From NCBI GenBank assembly GCA_963829055.1, contig CAWHHI010000020.1, forward strand, positions 448,001 to 512,000: a stretch of DNA of 64,000 nt, read 5' to 3'. Origin of the DNA: an uncultured Gemmatimonadaceae bacterium (GTDB taxonomy: Bacteria; Gemmatimonadota; Gemmatimonadetes; Gemmatimonadales; Gemmatimonadaceae). Positions 56,320 to 64,000 of the stretch are shown here, in pieces; the first letter of the stretch is position 1, and each line of letters opens with the position of its first letter. The translations under genes were made by a program, and so were the position numbers. Under the pieces are notes generated by a model. The model was not told where the DNA came from and searched no databases. It saw only the letters and a list, made by a program, of their open reading frames with translations.

Positions 56320-58919
56320 TCAGAAGCGAACTGGCGACCTGGGAGCGGGCAGAAGCGAGGGCTCCCCGGACGGTATACGCCTGTCGTCGTGGCGTTCCTG
56401 CGGGGAAGCGGCAGATTCCTTGGCGATCACGAATGCGACTCGCGCTCCGCCACCCGGCAGGTTCTCCGCCCAGATCCGGCCGCCGTGTGATTCCACGATC
56501 ATCCGGCAGATCGACAGGCCCATCCCGATGCCATCGGGCTTCGAGGTAACGAATGGCTCGAAGACCGACTCGAGCTGATCGGACGCGATCCCGCCGCCGG
56601 TGTCGGCGACTCCCACGATCACGCCGCCGCCTGGCTCAGCCTCGACCGACACGCGCACCTGTCGCTCCGGCGCATTCGTCGCCACGATGCTGTCGAATGC
56701 GTTGAGCACGAGGTTCACGACCACCTGCTCGATCTGGACGCGGTCACCCCACACCGATGGAACCTCTGCGCTCGCTGAATGGATCAGCTTGATGCGGCGA
56801 CGTACCGCATCGCCACTCAACAGCGCGGCGATACCGGCAACGAGATCGTCGAGGCGGAATTCGGCGAGATCGGTCGGCTGCTTGCGAAGGAGTCGCCGCA
56901 AGCGGTCGATGATGGTGTTTGCACGCCGCACGTCATTGGCGACCATCTCGAGCATCCGCGTGACCTCGTGCATTTCGGGGGCGCTTCCGGCTCCGGCCGC
57001 GCCGCCCGCGAGCCACCGCTGAGCGGCCTGCACGGACAGGAGGATGGCGCCCAGCGGCTGGTTGATCTCGTGGGCGAGCGACGCTGACAGCTCGCCGACG
57101 ATACCGACGCGAGCCATGTGGGACAGCTCTTCACGGCGCTGCGTCACCTCGAGCTCGGTACGACGCCTGATGATGGAGTTCGTGAGCACGAGGCAGAGGA
57201 GGTGGAGTCCGTCGACGATCCAGGCATCCCACGAGCGCTCGTGGCGCACGACGGCAACCACGAGGACGCCGACGCAGCGGCCGCCGGCCATCATCGGGAG
57301 GCCCACCACCGACTTCACCCCGCGCTCAACGTAGCCAGCTCGGTCGCCAACCAGGTCGTCGGGCATTGACGACATCGAAGAGATCTCGACTGGCTCGCCG
57401 CGCCGCAGCCTGGCCCACGTGGCGGGAAGCCCGGCAGGGCCCAGAGCTTGTGCGGGGCCGACACCGGGTGCGGCCCAGCGATGGAGGATGCGGAGCGAAT
57501 CCGTCGACTCGTCCAGCATGGCCAGCATTGCCCGGTCGACCCCGACGAACTCCGCGGCTTGAGCGAGAATTTCCTCCGCGACGTCGTCGAGCTGCGCCCC
57601 GGTCGCGGCGACCAGCTTGGCGGAGAGTCGCAGCAGCAGCAGCTCCAACTGCCGCTGAGTCTCGCCCGCTTGCTCGGCTACGCGGCGCCGGCGGAACTGG
57701 CGCAGGAGCGCGACAATGAGCGTCGTCTGCACCGCGATCACGGCGAGTATGATGAGCAGTGGCCGTCGATACTGCACCCACGGGGACGCGACCTTGTCGA
57801 TGACACGGCTCCCTGGTGGCAGACGCGCAGGATCGAGACCGAAACGTTGCATCGTCGGCCAGTCGAACTGGTAGGACGCGGTGCCTCGCAGGTCGATGGG
57901 AGTCGCCGACGGCGGAACGCCAGCGAGCACCGCCTGAGCCATGGTGGCGGCACGCTGCCCCCAGCACGGCGAAGTCGAGTACCGCGCCACCGACGATCCC
58001 GCGCCCCAGGTGCGTGGCCGACACGCCGTATATGGGTACGCTCGTGGCCCGGACGAGCTGTTCGAGTGCCAGCACCGTCACGAAGCGAGTGCCGTCCGCA
58101 TCAGTATCCATCGACGCGAAGAGCACGACAGAGCCGCTACGAAGTGATGCGGCACGACGCAGCACGCTGGGGAAGTTCAAAGGGCTTGTGTACTCGATTT
58201 GAAGCCGACCTTCGTAGCTTCGCAGCTGTTCACGCACCAATTGCTCGATGCCGTGTTCGAAGTCACTGGTGCCAATGACCACGAGAACGTGTTTCGTCTG
58301 AGGCTCCAGTTTGACCACAGCATCCAGCGTAGCTGCCGCATCGACGCGGATGGCAACACCCGTCACGCGGCCGGATCTGAATGCCGCCAGCGAGCTCCGC
58401 CTCGTTGGAGGAGAGCAAGATGACGGGTACGTCGCCGACGAGCTCGCCGGCGGAGAGCTTCTGGACCACGCTGTGGGGAAGTCCGGCGCCGATCACGAGG
58501 TCGGGGCGCTGGACAGCGTACTTTTTCCGGATGTATTGGTAGGTCAACTGGCTCGCGGAGTTACCCTCGGCACCTGTGAGGCCCAGGTGTTCCTCGAACA
58601 GCTCGACGCGGCGGCTGCTGTCCGCCCCCAGTCGCTGGCGAATGACTTGGTCGAGGAGCGCGACAGCGGGCTGCTGGGTCGCCTCCTCGAAGAGGAGCAG
58701 GACGCGGCGGTTCGTTCGTGTCGCTTTCGCGTCCGCCGAGGTCGTCGGGTTACGCGAGGGTGCGTTTTTCGCCGCGGCCGGTGTCTGTGACAAGGCTGCC
58801 GGCGGCATTCCCATCGCCAGCAGTGCGACCAGTGCGATCACAGAGAGCATGAGGGGAACGCTCGAACCGAGGCCCGTCCCGATTGGACGCGCCTCTGGCT
58901 CGCTGATCCAGAGCCTCAC
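56320..58919 (-). CDS. Membrane sensor histidine kinase with periplasmic substrate-binding-like domain, GAF and FixL-like kinase core (frameshifted)
   Basis: Periplasmic region, TM LLIILAVIAVQTTLIVALL, GAF, SLAHEINQPL H-box, GDRVQIEQVVVNL, FEPFVTSKPDGIGMGL. Confidence 0.9.
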
Positions 58920-59044
58920 GTTATGCGAGGAGGTGCGGCCGAACGAACGACCGGTTAGTGGTCGTCGTCATTGAATGCTCCTCGGGAATGGACACGTCGC
59001 GACCGAACACACGAGACCATCCTCGCCTGCCCAGTCGCAACCCG

Positions 59045-59059
59045 CCATTGGACCTTCGG
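59045..59059 (-). promoter_or_regulatory. Regulon box CCGAAGGTCCAATGG (exact consensus) upstream of the sensor kinase
   Basis: 20 nt before GAGGAT. Confidence 0.7.
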
Positions 59060-59096
59060 CACGGGGGTCCCCCGTGCTCGTTACTTCGAGTTCGAC

Positions 59097-59855
59097 CTAC
59101 TTCGCGGAATAGCCCTTCCCGTCCAGACAGGTGGTGAAGCCGTCAGCGAACTTCTTCTTGCTCTGATCGGCTGCCGCCGCCGCTTGCGCCTGCGCGTCGT
59201 TCGCGGCGGCCTGATTGTTCGCCTTCTGGTTTCGGCGGCCGGCCACTCCACCCGCGGCGGCGCCGATCGCGGCCCCCTTGCCAGCGTCGCCGGCGATCGC
59301 ACCGATCGCCACGCCAGCCACGGCCCCTTTCGCCGCGCCCTTGGCTGCCCCGCCCTGCGCAGGGGGCGGCGCGGTTGCTGCACCCACCGGTGCGTACGGG
59401 TCGATTCCCGTGTTCGTCTTCGCCCACACGAAGCACTCGTTCTCGTCGAAGTGCTGCTGCTCGATCGGCTGTCCGTTCTTCGGGTACACGACGACGCCAA
59501 TCGCCGACCCGGACGCCTTGGGATCGAACGGAGGATAGGTCTTCGGGGGCGGCGGCGGGGGCGCACTCGCCGGTTCCGCGGCGGCGGGCTTGGCCGCTGC
59601 CGGCTTCGCAGCTGCTGCCTTCGTAGCTGCCGGCTGCGCTGCCTCGGGGCTTGCGACGGTCCCGGCGGAGACCATGGTCGCCGTGTCGCCTGCCGGCACC
59701 GTGGTCGCCGCTGGTGCGGCCGTGTCAGTGAGCGTGGCGCCGGCGGACGCGTCCGATCTCCCCTTGCACGCGGACAGCGATAGAGCCGTAAGCGCGAACG
59801 TGCACGTTACGACGACGATGTGCGCCGCACGGGGCGCGAATGGTCGGGTGCTCAT
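59097..59855 (-). CDS. Glycine-zipper lipoprotein with Ala/Pro-rich linker, copy 2
   Basis: LSAC lipobox, (AAAKP)n linker, YPKNGQ..CFVWA, same zipper and CLDGKGYSAK end as 54049-54600. Confidence 0.85.
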   Translation of the reverse strand: MSTRPFAPRAAHIVVVTCTFALTALSLSACKGRSDASAGATLTDTAAPAATTVPAGDTATMVSAGTVASPEAAQPAATKAAAAKPAAAKPAAAEPASAPPPPPPKTYPPFDPKASGSAIGVVVYPKNGQPIEQQHFDENECFVWAKTNTGIDPYAPVGAATAPPPAQGGAAKGAAKGAVAGVAIGAIAGDAGKGAAIGAAAGGVAGRRNQKANNQAAANDAQAQAAAAADQSKKKFADGFTTCLDGKGYSAK

Positions 59856-59929
59856 GTTCCCCTTCCCTGGTGACGGAACGCCGGCCGAGGGCCAGCCATC
59901 ATCAGCCTAGGAGGGCGCACGCGCGAGGG

Positions 59930-59944
59930 ACATTGGCCGTTGGT
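59930..59944 (-). promoter_or_regulatory. Regulon box ACCAACGGCCAATGT
   Basis: Consensus-like, 20 nt before TAGGCT. Confidence 0.55.
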
Positions 59945-60383
59945 GACACACCGGCCGGCAATGTCCGCCGCAGCATCGGTTCAGTCCGACGCTGCGCCAG
60001 CGCCAACTCCGGTCGGCTCAGTACGTGAGATGGCGCGCGAACCCGAAGGCGCGCAGACATCGACGACGCGGGAGCTGGGGAACGATCAGATACTCGCGAT
60101 GCGTTCCGCTTCGTCGAGCGGTCGAGCGACGGCGTACGCCAGGCGCGGCATTCGACGTTAGGCAGGCCTCTGGGCCGCCGTGTCACGCCGCCTCGCGGTG
60201 TCGCGGGGCGTTAGGCATGGAATTCTGCCTGGAATCCCACGCAATCGCCGCGATCATCGCTGCGAGGCCGTATGTTGCACTCCGGCGCGAACGGTGTACA
60301 ATTGCGTCGGTCCAGATGGTGCTGAGCTCGGTACGCACCGCGACCGTCCATTGTCGGCCGGAGAGCGATACCCCTGTGACAGT

Positions 60384-60764
60384 ATGACCGACATTGAGCC
60401 GCTGAATCTCGTCGTCGTCGACGACGACCAAGACGTGCGTACGGCACTTGGGCGGCTCCTTCGCTCGATGGGCCACGAGGTCCACGCCTTCGCGTCGGCG
60501 GAGGACTATGAAGCTCGTCCCGCCGCGGCGGACTGCCTCATCGTCGATCTCCGCTTGCCAGGAATCAACGGCTTCGAGCTGCTGGAACGCCTTCGGCTGC
60601 GCGGCTCCTCGATTCCGGTCGTGTTCATCACGGGTGACGGAGGGCCCTCACCCAGCGACGCGATGGAGCACTCCGGCACGCCGACCCTCGCCAAGCCGTT
60701 CGATGACGCTGAGCTCATCGCGGCGATCACGGGCGCCGTGTCCGCTCGCGCGAGCGTACAATGA
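60384..60764 (+). CDS. Single-domain response regulator
   Basis: VVVDDD, CLIVDLRLPG, IPVVFITG, LAKPF. Confidence 0.92.
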   Translation: MTDIEPLNLVVVDDDQDVRTALGRLLRSMGHEVHAFASAEDYEARPAAADCLIVDLRLPGINGFELLERLRLRGSSIPVVFITGDGGPSPSDAMEHSGTPTLAKPFDDAELIAAITGAVSARASVQ

Positions 60765-60809
60765 GTCGCGCCGACCATTCACGAGGACACCATTGAGCAC
60801 GAATCGGCG

Positions 60810-63400
60810 AATGCCTCCGGCGACCAATCGACAGCTCGCCGTCCGCCTGGCGGTAAGCCGCGCGCTCGGTAGAACGCGAGATCTCGACGACGTCTACAGT
60901 GCCGCGCTGGATACGCTCGCCGAGTGTCTGGACGTGTCGCGGGCGTCCGTCCTGCTGTTCGATGCTGAAGGCGTCATGCAGTTCAAGGCCGACCGCGGCT
61001 TGTCGAGTGACTATCGGGCCGCTGTGCAGGGGCATTCTCCCTGGACGCCCGATTCAGTGGACCCGAAGCCACTGCTCGTCCCGGATGTCACGCGCGAACC
61101 GTCGCTCCAGGGCTATCTGCCGGTCTTCGCGAACGAACGGATCGCTGCGCTGGCCTTCATCCCCCTGGTCAGTCTCGGTCGCGTGATCGGCAAGTTCATG
61201 CTCTACTACGACACGCCGCACGTGTTCGATGACGAAGAGATCCAGCTTGCAGCCGTCATCGCCGCCGCGGTGACGTTCGCGGTGGAGCGTGGCAGGGCGG
61301 AGTACGACGTGGCTCGCCAGAACGAAGCGTCGCCGGGATTCGAGCTGAGCGCAGGCGCCATCGGCCCATGGGAATGGGAGGAGTCCTCCGGGGTCGACCA
61401 CAACGAACGCAGCCGACGGCCTTCCGTCCGGAACGTTGCGCCAGGTGAGGCAGTGCAACGTCGAGAGCAGTCGCGACTGCCTGAAGATCCTCGATCTCGA
61501 CGGCCGCCTGATCTACATCAACGCCTGCAGGACTCGAGCGACTGGGTGTCGAAGACCCGCGCGATCTGCTGCACCGACCACTGGTCGACCTGTGGCCGGA
61601 GAAGGAGCGCGAAGCGCTCGGGGACGCCATCGCGCGAGCCAAGACCGGCGCGATCGGCAGGTTTCAGGGATCCTGCAGAACGCCCGCCGGCATCCTGAAA
61701 TGGTGGGACATGGAAATAATGCCGATCGCGGACACCAGTGGCGCCGTCGTGCAGCTCCTGGCCGTTTCGCGCGACGTGTCCGCACCGTGGCAGGCAGAAG
61801 CGTTCCAGGCCGGTCAGCATCAGGTGCTCGAGATGATCGCGACCGGCGCGCCGCTCACTCAGGTCCTGACCCTCCTCGTGCACCTCGTCGAGGATCAGTG
61901 CGACGGGACGGTGTGTTCGGTCCTGCTGCTCGACACGGACGGTGTTCATGTACGGTTGGGAGCCGCGCCGAGTCTTCCCGATGAATACGTCAGACGCATC
62001 GACGGCCAGCCAATGGGGCCGCGCGTCGGCTCGCGCGGTACCGTGATGCAGTTTGGACGACCAGTCATCGCCACCGACGTCGTCTGTGACTGCGATCCGC
62101 AATGGGACGTCCTGCGCGACGCGGCAACGACCAGTGGGCTGCGCGCCTGCTGGTCGACGCCCATCCTGTCCACACACAAGAAGGTGCTCGGCTCGTTCGC
62201 CATGCACTGCCGCACGCCGCGCGGGCCGAGCCGCGAGGAGCTCCGGCTCAGCGAGACCGCCGCGGACCTCGCCGGAGCCGCGATCGATTATCACCGATCC
62301 CAGGAGGCGCTGCGCCACAGCGAGGAACGAAACCGCGCCATTCTCCGCGCCATTCCAGACTGGATGTTCGTCATCAGCAGCGACGGCGTGTTCCTCGACT
62401 ATCACGTCGAAAAGAACCCCGAAGGTCTCCTCGCGCCGCCCGAGGTTTTTCTCGGCAAATCGATGCACGAGGTCCTGCCATCGTGGCTCGCCGAGGCCCA
62501 TCAGCGCGCGTTCGAGCGAGCGCTTGCCACCAACGAGCCCGAGACGACTCGAGTACAGTCTGGAGTCGGGGCACGAGCGGCGGTTCTACGAAGCGTGCAT
62601 CGTTCGTTGCGACAGCGACAAGATTGCTCAGCATCGTGCGGGACATCACCGACCGCAAGCGCGCCGAGCTGGATGCGGCCGCGCACCGCCAGGAGCTGGC
62701 GCATCTGAATCGGGTGCTGATCCTGGCTGAGCAGTCGGGTGCACTCGCGCACGAGCTGAGTCAGCCGCTGGCCGCAATCCTCACCAACGCGCAGGCTGCG
62801 CGTCGTCTCCTGGATCAAAACCCGCTGGACCTGGACGAGCTGCGTGCGGCGCTGGACGACGTGATCAAGAACGACAGGAGGGCGGGCGCGGTCATCCACC
62901 GCCTGCGCGAGCTCCTGAAGAAGCGGAACACTGTCCTCCAGCCCCTCGACCTGAACGACGTGACTCGGGAGGTGCTCGACCTCACGCATAGCGACCTTCT
63001 GTTGCGGCGAATGCCAATCACCACGGCGCTGACACCAGGAATTCCCGCGGTGCTCGGCGACCGCGTTCAACTGCAACAGGTCATCCTCAATCTTGTGCTC
63101 AACGCGTGCGATGCCATGAGCGCGGTCGACCCGGCCGAGCGTGAGCTCGCCCTGACCACCATTGCCGACGGCGAGTGCGTGCAGATCGCCATTGCCGATC
63201 GCGGCGTCGGTATTCCCGATGGCCAGCTCGACTCTGTGTTTGATCCGTTCGTCACGTATCGGTCGCAGGGACTCGGCCTTGGCCTCGCGATCAGTCGGTC
63301 GATCGTTCTCGCCCACGGGGGACGAATCCGGGCCGAGAACAATGCCGACCGCGGCGCAACGTTCCGCTGCTTCCTTCCCGTTGCCAACGGCCAGGTCTGA
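60810..63400 (+). CDS. Cytoplasmic GAF-PAS-GAF-PAS histidine kinase, FixL-like core (frameshifted; start uncertain)
   Basis: GAF IGKFMLYY, PAS DCLKILDLDG, GAF LRACWSTPI, PAS AIPDWMF, LAHELSQPL H-box, GDRVQLQQV, GLGLGLAI. Confidence 0.9.
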
Positions 63401-63428
63401 AGGGCAATCGCCGCGACGGCGGCAGCGA

Positions 63429-64000
63429 CTACACCGACCAGGAGCAGCGCTCGGCCGCTTCCTCGAGACGCCGAGCCCACCACTCCCATTCAGCCTGCGC
63501 CGCTTCGGTCCCGGCGGCGAGCTGCGCGCCCTTCGACCAGAGCATCGTGCGCGCGCCGTAGATCACGGCGACATCCTCGAGCCGAGCCCACAGCGCGTCA
63601 TCGAGCTCTTGTCCGAGCTCGCGCTCGAGCAGCTGGCGGTAGTGCGCGATCACCGCGTCCTTGCTCCGCGCCAGCCGGCTCGCGTTGACGCCCAGGTACC
63701 AGCCAAGATCCGTCGTCGATGGCCCCGTTCCTACCATTGCCCAGTCGAACGCGGCAACGCCGCGCTCCGGGATGGGTGCGAAGTTCGCGACCTTGACGTC
63801 CCCATGGACCAACGTCTGCGGGAGGTCGGCCCATGCCTCGTGAACGATCCGCGCCGGACAGCGAAGCACCTCCGACGCACGTGCCGACACTCGCGCGAGC
63901 GCGGCGTCCCACCCGAGCCGCAGCCGTTCGCGGAGCGCGGGCGGCATGAGCGCGAGCGCCGCGGCATCGTCGAGCACAGTCGGGAGTACGAGTTCCGACG
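63429..64000 (-). CDS. Aminoglycoside phosphotransferase / choline kinase-like protein, 3' part
   Basis: TLVHGDVKVANF Brenner motif and FDW; 5' end outside the window. Confidence 0.85.
   Translation of the reverse strand, partial: SELVLPTVLDDAAALALMPPALRERLRLGWDAALARVSARASEVLRCPARIVHEAWADLPQTLVHGDVKVANFAPIPERGVAAFDWAMVGTGPSTTDLGWYLGVNASRLARSKDAVIAHYRQLLERELGQELDDALWARLEDVAVIYGARTMLWSKGAQLAAGTEAAQAEWEWWARRLEEAAERCSWSV

Noticed and set aside
63429..64000. Aminoglycoside resistance gene
   Set aside because: Only the generic APH/choline-kinase fold motifs are visible and the gene is partial.

Overview
GC-rich bacterial DNA from a diderm organism (Gemmatimonadota-like is only my inference). Many genes are split by isolated 1-bp indels, most likely long-read consensus error. 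The window holds about 49 genes: a GH94 glucan phosphorylase fragment, SulP, VIT, AI-2E, ppk2, an RND pump plus outer-membrane factor with no adaptor, a Gln/Asn/Asp deamination module (dcaP-like porin, exported glsA, aspT, MIP channel, OprO/P porin, ansB, DASS carrier, aspA), two DUF1254/DUF1214 proteins, two MscS channels, an exported amidohydrolase, about ten predicted outer-membrane barrels, DUF3300/DUF2950, DUF2092, two glycine-zipper proteins and a signalling block (tandem double LysR, three histidine kinases, one FixJ-like regulator, three stand-alone receivers). Three sequence-level signals are not explained by the gene calls. (1) A 15-bp box, consensus about CCGAAGGTCCAATGG, occurs at least 22 times, always intergenic and always pointing at the downstream gene, usually 19-21 nt before an NAnnnT -10 hexamer, and ties most of the window into one putative regulon. 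(2) A dispersed RCCTAAC(G) motif occurs about once per kb on both strands and imposes rare codons inside genes. (3) Several intergenic spacers are internally deleted relics of genes found intact elsewhere in the window. No rRNA, tRNA, CRISPR array or transposase was recognised.
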